DNA of 53,387 nucleotides from a virus (lineage: Duplodnaviria > Caudoviricetes): the IMG/VR virus record IMGVR_UViG_3300044971_002285, positions 1 to 53,387 of that record; one strand, written 5' to 3'. Below the pieces are notes generated by a model. The model made no database searches and had not been told where the DNA came from. It saw only the letters and a list, made by a program, of their open reading frames with translations. Shown here in pieces: positions 16,489 to 26,819 of this stretch (position 1 is its first letter; every line of letters starts with the position of its first letter). The position numbers and the translations under genes are program-made.

Positions 16489-19400
16489 ATGGCTGGAGAA
16501 GTTGAAATTACCCTACCTGGACCCCTTGTCGTAGAAATTACCAACAATGGGGTTCAACAGCTCCCTGGCTCACCTGGCACCAAGGGGAGCAAGGGCGATG
16601 CTGGCCCTAAAGGCCAGAAAGGCCTTGCAGGTAAAGGAGATACTGGTGCTAAAGGAAACACCGGCCCCAAGGGAGACACTGGCGCTGGTACCAAGGGTAC
16701 CGCTGGTGCTAAGGGCACTACTGGTCCCAAAGGAGACGTCGGACCCAAGGGAGACACTGGTGCTGGCACCAAGGGTACCGCTGGCGCTAAAGGTGCCACT
16801 GGTACTAAAGGAGATGCTGGCGCTAAGGGTGCCACTGGTGCTGGTACTAAGGGTATCACTGGTCCCAAAGGAGACTTAGGTCCTAAAGGAGATGCTGGCG
16901 CTAAGGGTGCCACTGGTGCTGCTGGTAAAGGCGGTGATAAAGGAGAAACTGGTGCTAAGGGAGACCCTGGTGCCAAAGGCGCCACTGGTGCCAAAGGTTC
17001 CACTGGTGCCAAAGGTTCCACTGGTCCTAAAGGAGATACTGGTGCCGCTGGTAAAGGCGGAGACAAGGGAGAACCTGGTTCCAAAGGAGACCCTGGTGCC
17101 AAAGGTTCCACTGGTCCTAAAGGCGCCACTGGTCCTAAAGGAGATACTGGTACCGCTGGTAAAGGCGGAGACAAGGGAGAACCTGGTTCCAAAGGAGACC
17201 CTGGTGCCAAAGGTTCCACTGGTGCCAAAGGAGCTACTGGTCCTAAAGGTGAACCTGGTGCCGCCGGTAAAGGCGGAGACAAAGGAGAAAAAGGTCAAGA
17301 CGGTCTTGCTGGCGCTAAAGGGGCTACTGGCGCCAAAGGCTCCACTGGTCCTAAAGGTGAACCTGGTGTCGCCGGTAAAGGCGGAGACAAAGGAGAGACT
17401 GGCGCCAAGGGTAATACCGGTGCTGGTGCGAAAGGTACCACTGGTCCCAAAGGAGACGTTGGTCCCAAAGGAGAACCTGGTGCTGCCGGTAAAGGCGGTG
17501 ACAAAGGGGCTCCTGGCGATAAAGGAGAAAAAGGTCAGGATGGCATTGCTGGTCCCAAAGGAGCTCCTGGCGCTAAAGGCACCGCTGGTGCCAAGGGCGC
17601 CACTGGTGCCAAAGGCTCTACTGGTGCTGCTGGCAAAGGCGGAGACAAAGGGGAAGCTGGCTCTAAAGGAGAAGCTGGCCCCAAAGGAGATGCTGGTGCT
17701 AAGGGCGCCACTGGTGCCAAAGGTTCCACTGGTCCTAAAGGAGATGGTGGCCCCAAAGGAGAACCCGGCGCTGCTGGTAAAGGCGGAGACAAAGGAGAAA
17801 AAGGCCAAGACGGTGCTACTGGTGCTAAAGGTGCCACTGGCGCTAAAGGGGCTACTGGCCCCAAAGGAGACGTTGGTCCCAAAGGAGAAGCTGGCGCTGC
17901 TGGTAAAGGTGGTGACAAAGGAGAGAAAGGTCAAGATGGTTCCACTGGTGCTAAAGGTTCCACTGGCGCTAAAGGTGTCGCTGGTCCCAAAGGAGATGCT
18001 GGTGCTAAAGGAGCCACTGGTCCCAAAGGTGATTTAGGTCCCAAAGGAGACACTGGCGCCCAAGGCAAGGGCGGAGACAAAGGAGAGAAAGGTCAAGACG
18101 GTGCTACTGGCGCCAAGGGTACCGCTGGTGCTAAAGGTGCCACTGGTCCTAAAGGAGAAGTTGGTCCCAAGGGAGAGGTTGGCGTTAAAGGTGCCGCTGG
18201 TGCTAAAGGCGCTACTGGTCCCAAAGGTGATTTAGGTCCTAAAGGAGACACTGGTGCTCAGGGTAAAGGCGGTGACAAAGGAGAGAAGGGCCAAGATGGC
18301 GCTACTGGTGCTAAGGGTACCGCTGGTGCTAAAGGCGCTACCGGCCCTAAAGGAGAAGTTGGTCCTAAAGGAGATTTAGGTCCCAAAGGAGACACTGGTG
18401 CTAAAGGTGCCACTGGTCCTAAAGGAGATTTAGGTCCCAAAGGAGATACTGGTGCTCAGGGTAAAGGCGGTGACAAAGGAGAGAAGGGCCAAGATGGTGC
18501 TACTGGTGCTAAAGGCACTGCTGGTGCTAAAGGCTCTACTGGTCCCAAGGGAGACATTGGTCCCAAAGGAGATTTAGGTCCTAAAGGAGATGCTGGTGCC
18601 AAAGGCGCCACTGGTCCCAAGGGAGAAGTTGGTGCTAAAGGCGCCACTGGGCCTCAGGGACCTCAGGGAGATATAGGCCTGAAGGGCAATATTGGCGCCA
18701 CTGGCCCCAAGGGTGATTTAGGTCCCAAAGGAGACGTCGGCCCCAAAGGAGATGCTGGTGCTAAAGGAGCTACTGGCCCTAAAGGAGATTTAGGTCCCAA
18801 AGGAGATACTGGTGCCCAGGGCAAAGGCGGTGACAAAGGAGAAAAAGGTCAAGATGGTGCTACTGGCGCCAAGGGTACCGCTGGTGCTAAAGGCTCTACT
18901 GGTCCCAAAGGAGACATTGGTCCCAAAGGAGATGCTGGTGCTAAAGGTGCCGCTGGTGCTAAAGGAGCTACTGGTCCCAAGGGTGATTTAGGTCCCAAAG
19001 GAGACACTGGCGCTCAAGGTAAAGGCGGCGACAAAGGCGAGAAAGGTCAAGAGGGCCCTCTAGGCCCTCAAGGTCCCAAAGGAGACGTTGGTCCCAAAGG
19101 AGAAGTTGGTGCTAAGGGAACCACTGGTGCCAAGGGCGCTACTGGTCCTAAAGGTGACTTAGGCCCTACTGGCCCTACTGGCCCACAGGGTGCTCAGGGT
19201 AAGGGTGGCGATAAAGGAGAGAAAGGCCAAGATGGTCCTACTGGAGCACAAGGTCCCAAAGGAGACGTTGGTCCCAAAGGGGAAGTTGGTGCCAAGGGAA
19301 CCACTGGTGCTAAGGGCACTACTGGCGCGACTGGCCCTAAAGGCGACTTAGGCCCTACTGGTCCTACTGGTCCTATTGGCCCTACTGGTCCCAAAGGAGA

Positions 19401-22400
19401 TACTGGAGCCAAAGGAGATACTGGTGCCAAGGGAGCCACTGGCCCTACTGGTCCTACTGGTCCTCAAGGCGCTCAAGGTAAAGGCGGTGACAAAGGCGAG
19501 AAAGGTCAAGATGGTCCTACTGGAGCACAAGGTCCTAAAGGAGATGTTGGGCCCAAAGGAGAAGTTGGTGCTAAAGGCGCCACTGGTGCGACTGGTCCTA
19601 AGGGTGACTTAGGCCCTACTGGTCCTACTGGCCCTACTGGTCCTAAAGGAGATACTGGCGCCAAAGGAGATACTGGTGCCAAGGGCGCTACTGGTCCTAC
19701 TGGCCCTCTAGGCCCTCAAGGCCCTATTGGCCCCACTGGTCCTAAAGGAGATGCCGGCGCTAAGGGTACTGCTGGGGCTAAAGGTGCTACTGGTCCCAAA
19801 GGTGACTTAGGTCCCCAGGGTGCCCAAGGTAAAGGTGGTGACAAAGGAGAGAAGGGCCAAGATGGCCCTACTGGAGCACAAGGTCCTACTGGTCCTACTG
19901 GTCCTAAAGGAGATACTGGCGCCAAGGGAACCACTGGCGCCAAGGGTGCTACTGGTCCTACTGGCCCTACTGGTCCTACTGGCCCTCTAGGCCCTCAAGG
20001 CCCTACTGGTCCTACCGGTCCTAAAGGAGATGCTGGTGCCAAAGGTGCCACTGGTCCTACTGGCCCTACTGGTCCTCAAGGTGCTCAAGGTAAAGGCGGA
20101 GACAAAGGCGAGAAAGGTCAAGATGGCCCTACTGGCCCTCAAGGTCCCACTGGTGCTAAAGGAGCTACTGGTGCCAAGGGTAATACTGGAGCACAAGGCC
20201 CTACTGGACCTCAAGGTGCTCAAGGCGCAAAAGGTAACACTGGAGCACAAGGTCCTCAAGGTGCTCAGGGTGCTAAGGGTGCTCAAGGCGCTCAAGGCGC
20301 TACTGGACCTAAGGGTGACTTAGGTCCTACTGGACCTACTGGTCCTCAAGGTGCCCAGGGCAAAGGTGGTGACAAAGGAGAGAAGGGTCAAGAGGGCCCT
20401 CTAGGTCCTCAAGGCCCTCAAGGTCCTACTGGTGCCAAGGGTAATACTGGAGCACAAGGTCCCACTGGCCCTCAAGGAGCTCAAGGCGCAAAGGGTAATA
20501 CTGGAGCACAAGGTCCTCAAGGCGCTCAGGGTGCTCAAGGCGCTCAGGGTGCTACTGGACCTAAGGGTGACTTAGGTCCCACTGGTCCTACTGGTCCTTT
20601 AGGCCCTCAAGGTCCTATTGGCCCTACTGGTCCTACTGGTGCCAAGGGTAATACTGGAGCACAAGGTCCCACTGGTCCTACTGGTCCTCAAGGTGCTCAG
20701 GGTAAGGGTGGCGACAAGGGAGAGAAAGGTCAAGATGGCCCCACTGGTCCGCAAGGAGCACAAGGTCCTACTGGTGCCAAGGGTAATACTGGAGCACAAG
20801 GCCCTACTGGACCTCAAGGTGCTCAAGGCGCAAAGGGTAACACTGGAGCTCAAGGCCCTACTGGACCTACTGGCCCTACTGGTCCTAAAGGAGATGCTGG
20901 TGCTAAAGGCGCTACTGGCGCTCAAGGCCCTCAAGGAGCACAAGGTCCTACTGGTGCTAAGGGTAACACTGGAGCTCAAGGCGCTACTGGTCCTACTGGT
21001 CCTAAAGGAGATTTAGGTCCTACTGGTCCTACTGGTCCTTTGGGCCCTCAAGGTCCTATTGGCCCTACTGGTCCTACTGGTGCCAAGGGTAATACTGGAG
21101 CACAAGGTCCTACTGGCCCTACTGGCCCTCAAGGTGCCCAAGGTAAAGGTGGTGACAAAGGAGAGAAAGGTCAAGAAGGACCCCTAGGCCCTCAAGGCCC
21201 TCAAGGTCCTACTGGTGCCAAGGGTAATACTGGAGCACAAGGCCCTACTGGTCCTACTGGTCCTCTGGGACCTCAAGGTCCTCAAGGCGCAAAAGGTAAC
21301 ACTGGAGCTCAAGGTCCTCAGGGTGCTCAAGGCCCTAAGGGCGACTTAGGTCCCACTGGTCCTACTGGTCCTTTAGGCCCTCAAGGTCCTATTGGCCCTA
21401 CTGGTCCTACTGGTGCTAAGGGTAACACTGGAGCACAAGGTCCTCAAGGCGCTCAGGGTGCTCAAGGCGCTCAAGGCGCTACTGGACCTAAGGGTGACTT
21501 AGGTCCTACTGGACCTACTGGTCCTCAAGGTGCCCAGGGCAAAGGTGGTGACAAAGGAGAGAAAGGTCAAGAGGGCCCTCTAGGCCCTCAAGGCCCTCAA
21601 GGTCCTACTGGTCCCAAGGGTAACACTGGCGCTCAAGGTCCTGCTGGCCCTACTGGTCCTCTGGGACCTCAAGGTCCTACTGGTGCCAAGGGTAATACTG
21701 GAGCACAAGGTCCTACTGGTCCTACTGGTCCTCTGGGACCTCAAGGTCCTCAAGGCGCAAAAGGTAACACTGGAGCTCAAGGTCCTCAGGGTGCTCAAGG
21801 CCCTAAGGGTGACTTAGGTCCCACTGGTCCTACTGGTCCTTTAGGCCCTCAAGGTCCTATTGGCCCTACTGGTCCTACTGGTGCCAAGGGCAATACTGGA
21901 GCGCAAGGTCCTGCTGGACCCACTGGTCCCCTAGGCCCTCAAGGTCCTGCTGGCCCTACGGGTCCTCAAGGTGCTCAGGGTGCGAAAGGTAACACTGGAG
22001 CACAAGGTGCTCAAGGTGCTCAAGGCCCTATTGGTCCTACTGGCCCTACTGGTGCCAAGGGTAACACTGGCGCTCAAGGCCCTACTGGTCCTACTGGTCC
22101 TCAAGGTGCCCAGGGCAAAGGTGGTGACAAAGGAGAGAAGGGTCAAGAGGGCCCTCTAGGTCCTCAGGGTCCCACTGGTCCTACTGGTCCTTTGGGCCCT
22201 CAAGGTCCTGCTGGCCCTACTGGTCCTCAAGGTGCTCAAGGCGCAAAAGGTAATACTGGAGCACAAGGTGCTCAAGGCGCTCAGGGTGCTCAAGGTCCTG
22301 CTGGTCCTACTGGTCCTCTAGGCCCTCAAGGTCCTACTGGTCCTACTGGTGCTAAGGGTAACACTGGCGCACAAGGCCCTGCTGGACCTACTGGTCCTCT

Positions 22401-22908
22401 GGGCCCTCAAGGTCCTGCTGGTCCTCAAGGTCCTGCTGGCGCTAAGGGTAACACTGGAGCACAAGGCCCTGCTGGACCTACTGGTCCTCTAGGCCCTCAA
22501 GGTCCTGCTGGTCCGCAAGGAGCAAAGGGTAATACTGGAGCACAAGGCCCTGCCGGACCTACTGGTCCGCAAGGTGCTCAAGGTAAAGGTGGTGACAAAG
22601 GAGAGAAAGGTCAAGAAGGACCTCTAGGCCCTCAAGGGCCCACTGGTCCTAAGGGTAATACTGGAGCACAAGGTCCGGCTGGACCTACTGGTCCTCAAGG
22701 TGCCAAGGGTAACACTGGCGCACAGGGTCCTACTGGTGCAACTGGTGCTAAAGGCTCTACTGGTCCTACTGGAGCAGGTTCATTCACTGCTGCGGGGGCC
22801 GTGGGTATGTTTACTAGCGTTCCAGATGACTCCGGATTCACCGGACCGGAGGGATGGATAACATTCACCATAAGCGGTACTTCATACGCAGTCCCCGCAT
22901 GGAAATAA
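16489..22908 (+). CDS. Giant collagen-like fibre protein (2139 aa)
   Basis: About 2070 aa of nearly uninterrupted Gly-X-Y between short N- and C-terminal non-collagen ends. Confidence 0.95.
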   Translation: MAGEVEITLPGPLVVEITNNGVQQLPGSPGTKGSKGDAGPKGQKGLAGKGDTGAKGNTGPKGDTGAGTKGTAGAKGTTGPKGDVGPKGDTGAGTKGTAGAKGATGTKGDAGAKGATGAGTKGITGPKGDLGPKGDAGAKGATGAAGKGGDKGETGAKGDPGAKGATGAKGSTGAKGSTGPKGDTGAAGKGGDKGEPGSKGDPGAKGSTGPKGATGPKGDTGTAGKGGDKGEPGSKGDPGAKGSTGAKGATGPKGEPGAAGKGGDKGEKGQDGLAGAKGATGAKGSTGPKGEPGVAGKGGDKGETGAKGNTGAGAKGTTGPKGDVGPKGEPGAAGKGGDKGAPGDKGEKGQDGIAGPKGAPGAKGTAGAKGATGAKGSTGAAGKGGDKGEAGSKGEAGPKGDAGAKGATGAKGSTGPKGDGGPKGEPGAAGKGGDKGEKGQDGATGAKGATGAKGATGPKGDVGPKGEAGAAGKGGDKGEKGQDGSTGAKGSTGAKGVAGPKGDAGAKGATGPKGDLGPKGDTGAQGKGGDKGEKGQDGATGAKGTAGAKGATGPKGEVGPKGEVGVKGAAGAKGATGPKGDLGPKGDTGAQGKGGDKGEKGQDGATGAKGTAGAKGATGPKGEVGPKGDLGPKGDTGAKGATGPKGDLGPKGDTGAQGKGGDKGEKGQDGATGAKGTAGAKGSTGPKGDIGPKGDLGPKGDAGAKGATGPKGEVGAKGATGPQGPQGDIGLKGNIGATGPKGDLGPKGDVGPKGDAGAKGATGPKGDLGPKGDTGAQGKGGDKGEKGQDGATGAKGTAGAKGSTGPKGDIGPKGDAGAKGAAGAKGATGPKGDLGPKGDTGAQGKGGDKGEKGQEGPLGPQGPKGDVGPKGEVGAKGTTGAKGATGPKGDLGPTGPTGPQGAQGKGGDKGEKGQDGPTGAQGPKGDVGPKGEVGAKGTTGAKGTTGATGPKGDLGPTGPTGPIGPTGPKGDTGAKGDTGAKGATGPTGPTGPQGAQGKGGDKGEKGQDGPTGAQGPKGDVGPKGEVGAKGATGATGPKGDLGPTGPTGPTGPKGDTGAKGDTGAKGATGPTGPLGPQGPIGPTGPKGDAGAKGTAGAKGATGPKGDLGPQGAQGKGGDKGEKGQDGPTGAQGPTGPTGPKGDTGAKGTTGAKGATGPTGPTGPTGPLGPQGPTGPTGPKGDAGAKGATGPTGPTGPQGAQGKGGDKGEKGQDGPTGPQGPTGAKGATGAKGNTGAQGPTGPQGAQGAKGNTGAQGPQGAQGAKGAQGAQGATGPKGDLGPTGPTGPQGAQGKGGDKGEKGQEGPLGPQGPQGPTGAKGNTGAQGPTGPQGAQGAKGNTGAQGPQGAQGAQGAQGATGPKGDLGPTGPTGPLGPQGPIGPTGPTGAKGNTGAQGPTGPTGPQGAQGKGGDKGEKGQDGPTGPQGAQGPTGAKGNTGAQGPTGPQGAQGAKGNTGAQGPTGPTGPTGPKGDAGAKGATGAQGPQGAQGPTGAKGNTGAQGATGPTGPKGDLGPTGPTGPLGPQGPIGPTGPTGAKGNTGAQGPTGPTGPQGAQGKGGDKGEKGQEGPLGPQGPQGPTGAKGNTGAQGPTGPTGPLGPQGPQGAKGNTGAQGPQGAQGPKGDLGPTGPTGPLGPQGPIGPTGPTGAKGNTGAQGPQGAQGAQGAQGATGPKGDLGPTGPTGPQGAQGKGGDKGEKGQEGPLGPQGPQGPTGPKGNTGAQGPAGPTGPLGPQGPTGAKGNTGAQGPTGPTGPLGPQGPQGAKGNTGAQGPQGAQGPKGDLGPTGPTGPLGPQGPIGPTGPTGAKGNTGAQGPAGPTGPLGPQGPAGPTGPQGAQGAKGNTGAQGAQGAQGPIGPTGPTGAKGNTGAQGPTGPTGPQGAQGKGGDKGEKGQEGPLGPQGPTGPTGPLGPQGPAGPTGPQGAQGAKGNTGAQGAQGAQGAQGPAGPTGPLGPQGPTGPTGAKGNTGAQGPAGPTGPLGPQGPAGPQGPAGAKGNTGAQGPAGPTGPLGPQGPAGPQGAKGNTGAQGPAGPTGPQGAQGKGGDKGEKGQEGPLGPQGPTGPKGNTGAQGPAGPTGPQGAKGNTGAQGPTGATGAKGSTGPTGAGSFTAAGAVGMFTSVPDDSGFTGPEGWITFTISGTSYAVPAWK

Positions 22909-22928
22909 CAGACCATACGTGATAAATA

Positions 22929-22960
22929 AGGGCGCCCCAAAAGGCGCCCTATTTGTTTTG
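22929..22960 (+). terminator. Intrinsic terminator after collagen
   Basis: AGGGCGCC-CCAAAA-GGCGCCCT followed by ATTTGTTTTG. Confidence 0.7.
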
Positions 22961-22975
22961 TGTAAGCTAAATGCC

Positions 22976-22983
22976 TATATTTG
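22976..22983 (+). promoter_or_regulatory. -7 box TATATTTG for the oxygenase/glycosyltransferase operon
   Basis: TAnnTTTG match. Confidence 0.65.
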
Positions 22984-23002
22984 ATGACTAAATTGAATTG
23001 AC

Positions 23003-23557
23003 ATGATGCTAAATGCTTTCATCGTAGACGGATTCTACGACAATCCAGATGAGGTACGTGCATTTGCCCTAGGCCAAGAGTTCAACGTAACTGGTAATTT
23101 TCCAGGTGCTAGGACGAAAAGCTTTTCTAATCAAAGCATCTTCGATACCCTTCAATCAATAGTAGGGCCTCAAGCGGGTAAAATTGATTATTATCCAGAG
23201 AACTACAACGGAGCATACCAGATAACAACAGCTAAAGACCGTTCTTGGATACACGCAGATATTGGCACAAAGTGGGCCGGCATCGTTTACCTAACCCCTA
23301 ATGCTCCATTATCTAGTGGCACTGGGTTCTTTAGACATAAGGACTCTGGACTAACATGGTCTGCTGACGGACAGGGAGATTGGAATGCAGACTCTCAGGA
23401 CATGACCAAGTGGGATTTGACAGCATCCATAGGGAACATGTACAACCGATTGATATTGTACCGCGGTAAGCAGTTTCACTCGTCTCTTGATTATTTCGGC
23501 AACAGCTTAGAAAACGGGAGACTGTTCCAGACATTTTTCTTTTCAACCGAGGAATGA
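23003..23557 (+). CDS. 2OG-Fe(II) oxygenase-fold protein (DUF6445-like)
   Basis: IVDGFYDNP, HAD (HxD), WAGIVYL, GTGFF, YNRLILY..FHS, RLFQTFF. Confidence 0.8.
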   Translation: MMLNAFIVDGFYDNPDEVRAFALGQEFNVTGNFPGARTKSFSNQSIFDTLQSIVGPQAGKIDYYPENYNGAYQITTAKDRSWIHADIGTKWAGIVYLTPNAPLSSGTGFFRHKDSGLTWSADGQGDWNADSQDMTKWDLTASIGNMYNRLILYRGKQFHSSLDYFGNSLENGRLFQTFFFSTEE

Positions 23558-25881
23558 ACGTAGTCTTTCACGTTGGTTACTACGCCACACCTTGGAACGC
23601 AACTGCTGGAATCCCCGGAGGGACAGAGCAGTGCATTGTAAACCTATCAAAACAGCTGGGCCTACTCGGTCATAATGTCTACATATATGGCAATGTATTA
23701 GAAGAAGAAATTAAATTTTCATCCGGCTCTGTTTCATTCCTGTCGCTTGGCTCTAAGGCCAAGCTCCCTGAGCTCATTGATATTCTTGTTGGAGTGTCGT
23801 ATTTACACTATCTAAAATATTTCCCCCAACAAAAGGTCGGCTCAAGAATATTTTGGCTACACAACGAGGAACCATTTTTTTGGTTTGAAGGCCAAAAAAT
23901 GTCTGATGCCGACATTGAATATGCCTTTGAAAATACTGACTTATTTGTCTGCCTTACTGATTGGCATAAATCTGATTTTCAGAAAAGACACCCTAAGACT
24001 ATTGGAAAAATCAAAGTCATTGGGAATGGAATAGATGAGCAAAAAATACACAAGACAACTCAAAAGGAAAAAAACTCCTATGTGTATACGTCTCACGCCG
24101 AGCGAGGACTTGGCACCGTGCTTGATGATTTAGAGTCGGGAAAAATATCGGGGCATCTGCATATATGTACCCCTTTGTACGGCATAAAATATTTTAACGA
24201 CCACTTCTTAGAAAGGATATCCGGGAAATCAAATGTCACATACTACGGGTCCCTGTCTACCGAACAGCTCTATTTTCTGCTCAGCAAGATGGAGAACTGG
24301 TACTACCCAACTGCCTACAACGAGACCTACTGCATTACTGCTATTGAAATGCTGGCACATGAGGTAAAGCCAATTGTAAATGCTGTTGCGGGTCTTTCTG
24401 ATACGCTTAAAGAATTTGCAAGCGATACAAGCTGCCTGGAGTGTGTAAGGAAATATGTAGAAACAAGGTGGTGGAGCAATGTTGCAAAAGAGTGGGTTTC
24501 TTTATTTTCTGAATCTACTTTTAAGAAATGGCCAAATAAAATAATTGGCCAGGCCCCAACTCATTTGCTTCAAAACATAACGTTTATTCCTAATTATGAT
24601 GTTGACCAAGTATATATAATTTCCCTATCAAGCGAGGAAGAGAATTCTAGCAAGTTAATAGAGAAATTTGCAAATTCTGGAATAAGGTCAAAATCTGTTG
24701 TGGTGTTTGACGCAACAAATGGCTATACCAATTATTTAATGCCTGAGGTTACCGTGTCAAGCTCATGGAAAATAGAGAGTGACAATAAATGGTGGAACCG
24801 CGACGTCACGCCAGGAGAAGTTGGCTGTGCCGTATCCCATTGGAGGGTGTGGAAAGATGCGCATAAAAATGGGTATAAACGAATACTGGTCCTTGAAGAA
24901 GACTTTACCGTTCTTCGTAAGTTTGACCGAGCCCAGATTGCTAAATGTGGAGAAAACTGGACCCTGTTTTTTCTGGGTCACTGCTTCATACGGCCACCCC
25001 GCCGGGACGTAACAGAAAACATTGTTGAGCCTGACTTTACCTATAATGCCCACGCATATATGCTTTCAGATGTCGGCTGTAAGCTGTTGCTAGACCAAAA
25101 TTTTGACCAATCAATAATCCCAGTAGATGAGTTTTTATCTGCTACCTTCTGCGACCACCCCCGGGGAGACTTGCAAAAAATAAATCAAACTAGTAAGGCT
25201 TTAGCACTAGTTCCTGCTATCTTTGGTCAAACAAGCAATAAAGAAACGTCTACCACCGAAAACAAACCTAAAATAAATAAAATGAACCTTTGCGACTATC
25301 CTTATGATGAATTTGTCAAGCGCTTTGTAACGTATTCCGCGCAGACTAAAGAGTGGGAGTTAATTGTTGACGAACCGATTGCTGATGTCTTTATATTTCC
25401 CTTGTTTACTGAGGAATTCTGTAGCCTGCTAATAAAGCAGGCAGAAGAATCTCAAAAATGGACTAGGAATAGGCATGCCCACTATCCCACGTGCGATATG
25501 CTAATTAACGAACTTGGACTTGCCTCTCTTTATCATAGGGTCTTGGAGGATTTTGTTTATCCTGTTGCAATCCAAAAATGGGCACTAGAGGGAAAGGAAT
25601 GGCCCACTATGTCAAGTGAAAATTTTATTATCAAATATGATAAATCCATTCAAGGCCATTTGTCGTTGCACCACGACAGCGCTTCGATATCTATGGTCCT
25701 AGCCCTTAACGAGGACTACGAAGGTGGCGGCACCTATTTCTGGAGGCAAAAGGAATTACACAAAGGAAAAACCGGATATATATCTATTCACCCTTCCGTA
25801 ATCACTCATCGACATGGAGCAAGGGCGGTGACAAAAGGTCAACGATTTGTTCTTGTATCATTCTGTAATCGCAATAAATAA
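23554..25881 (+). CDS. Three-domain fusion: GT4-like glycosyltransferase + GT25 (COLGALT-like) + PLOD-like 2OG-Fe(II) lysyl hydroxylase
   Basis: GGTE, YTSHAERGL, ETYCITAIE; DQVYIISL, RDVTPGEVGCAVSHWRVWK, LVLEEDF; DEPIADVFIFPLFTEEFC, YPTCD, FIIKY..LSLHHDSAS..ALNEDYEGGGTYF..HP..THRH..RFVLVSF. Confidence 0.88.
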   Translation: MNVVFHVGYYATPWNATAGIPGGTEQCIVNLSKQLGLLGHNVYIYGNVLEEEIKFSSGSVSFLSLGSKAKLPELIDILVGVSYLHYLKYFPQQKVGSRIFWLHNEEPFFWFEGQKMSDADIEYAFENTDLFVCLTDWHKSDFQKRHPKTIGKIKVIGNGIDEQKIHKTTQKEKNSYVYTSHAERGLGTVLDDLESGKISGHLHICTPLYGIKYFNDHFLERISGKSNVTYYGSLSTEQLYFLLSKMENWYYPTAYNETYCITAIEMLAHEVKPIVNAVAGLSDTLKEFASDTSCLECVRKYVETRWWSNVAKEWVSLFSESTFKKWPNKIIGQAPTHLLQNITFIPNYDVDQVYIISLSSEEENSSKLIEKFANSGIRSKSVVVFDATNGYTNYLMPEVTVSSSWKIESDNKWWNRDVTPGEVGCAVSHWRVWKDAHKNGYKRILVLEEDFTVLRKFDRAQIAKCGENWTLFFLGHCFIRPPRRDVTENIVEPDFTYNAHAYMLSDVGCKLLLDQNFDQSIIPVDEFLSATFCDHPRGDLQKINQTSKALALVPAIFGQTSNKETSTTENKPKINKMNLCDYPYDEFVKRFVTYSAQTKEWELIVDEPIADVFIFPLFTEEFCSLLIKQAEESQKWTRNRHAHYPTCDMLINELGLASLYHRVLEDFVYPVAIQKWALEGKEWPTMSSENFIIKYDKSIQGHLSLHHDSASISMVLALNEDYEGGGTYFWRQKELHKGKTGYISIHPSVITHRHGARAVTKGQRFVLVSFCNRNK

Positions 25882-26480
25882 TGAATCTTAATCCCACATT
25901 CCCAAAAGAAAACGGTCCAGACATGACCGGTTGGTACTTTTTTGAGGCTGCCTTTAGCCCCCTAGAAGTTGTTCAAATCAAAAATGAATTGGCTACCATC
26001 CCCTTTCACAGGGCGCAAATTGCCAGTAATGCCGAGGGCGATGCTCTTGATGTTGTAAGGAAATCAAATATAAAATGGATTCCTAAAAACGAAACACACG
26101 GGTGGCTCTATGACCGGCTCATGCAGTATATGTCCATTGCCAATAACAACCTGTGGCATTTTAATCTTGAGTCTATTCTTGATTCAATACAATACACGCA
26201 ATACCACGGAAACGAAAAGGGTTTTTACGGGTGGCACATGGATATCGGACCACAGGAATTGGCATTTAGAAAGCTCTCCCTTGTTGTCCAACTTAGCAAC
26301 CCTTCCGACTACTCGGGTGGGGACCTTCAAATACGTTCAGGCCATGGCGAAGCAACAGTTTCAAAAACTCAAGGTACGGTAATTGTTTTTCCATCATATC
26401 TGCTTCATCAGGTGACGCCTGTTACCGGTGGACTTCGAGAGTCTCTAGTGCTTTGGTCGGGGGGCAACAGCTATAAATAG
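25881..26480 (+). CDS. 2OG-Fe(II) oxygenase, prolyl-4-hydroxylase/PKHD-type
   Basis: YGWHMD, RKLSLVVQLS, YSGGDL, VFPSYLLHQVTPVTGGLRESLVLW. Confidence 0.88.
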   Translation: MNLNPTFPKENGPDMTGWYFFEAAFSPLEVVQIKNELATIPFHRAQIASNAEGDALDVVRKSNIKWIPKNETHGWLYDRLMQYMSIANNNLWHFNLESILDSIQYTQYHGNEKGFYGWHMDIGPQELAFRKLSLVVQLSNPSDYSGGDLQIRSGHGEATVSKTQGTVIVFPSYLLHQVTPVTGGLRESLVLWSGGNSYK

Positions 26481-26485
26481 TCTGT

Positions 26486-26493
26486 TATCTTTG
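26486..26493 (+). promoter_or_regulatory. -7 box TATCTTTG, 5 nt before ATG
   Basis: TAnnTTTG match. Confidence 0.65.
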
Positions 26494-26498
26494 CCTAT

Positions 26499-26819
26499 AT
26501 GGCAAATGAGACAGACATTCTAAAGAGATACGGTCTTTCTGGCTTTAGCAAGCCTAAAAAAACCCCATCACACCCAACGAAGAAGGGCATCGTTGCCGTC
26601 AAGATAGACGGTCGCCCTCGTATTATTCGTTTTGGTGACCAGAATATGGGGCACAACTATAGCCCCGAGGCACGCAAGTCATTCAAAAGTCGCCATGCGA
26701 AGAACATAGCCCGAGGCCCTGTTAGTCCAGCATACTGGGCTAACAAATTCTTTTGGGGTGGCTCCGCCGCTGACAAGAAGATGCCGCCAAAGTCTCAAAA
26801 ATATACCAGAGGAATCTGA
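26499..26819 (+). CDS. Small basic conserved phage protein
   Basis: IRFGDQ..RKSFKSRH..SPAYWA pattern. Confidence 0.8.
   Translation: MANETDILKRYGLSGFSKPKKTPSHPTKKGIVAVKIDGRPRIIRFGDQNMGHNYSPEARKSFKSRHAKNIARGPVSPAYWANKFFWGGSAADKKMPPKSQKYTRGI

Noticed and set aside
16560-22770. Periodic DNA repeats resembling a CRISPR array or satellite
   Set aside because: Repeats are in-frame codon repeats with synonymous variation and no unique spacers
16547-22940. Many alternative-frame and antisense ORFs (Pro-rich, LVL-rich, Ser/Thr-rich) in the collagen gene
   Set aside because: Shadows of the GGN-NNN-NNN periodicity; no independent starts or signals
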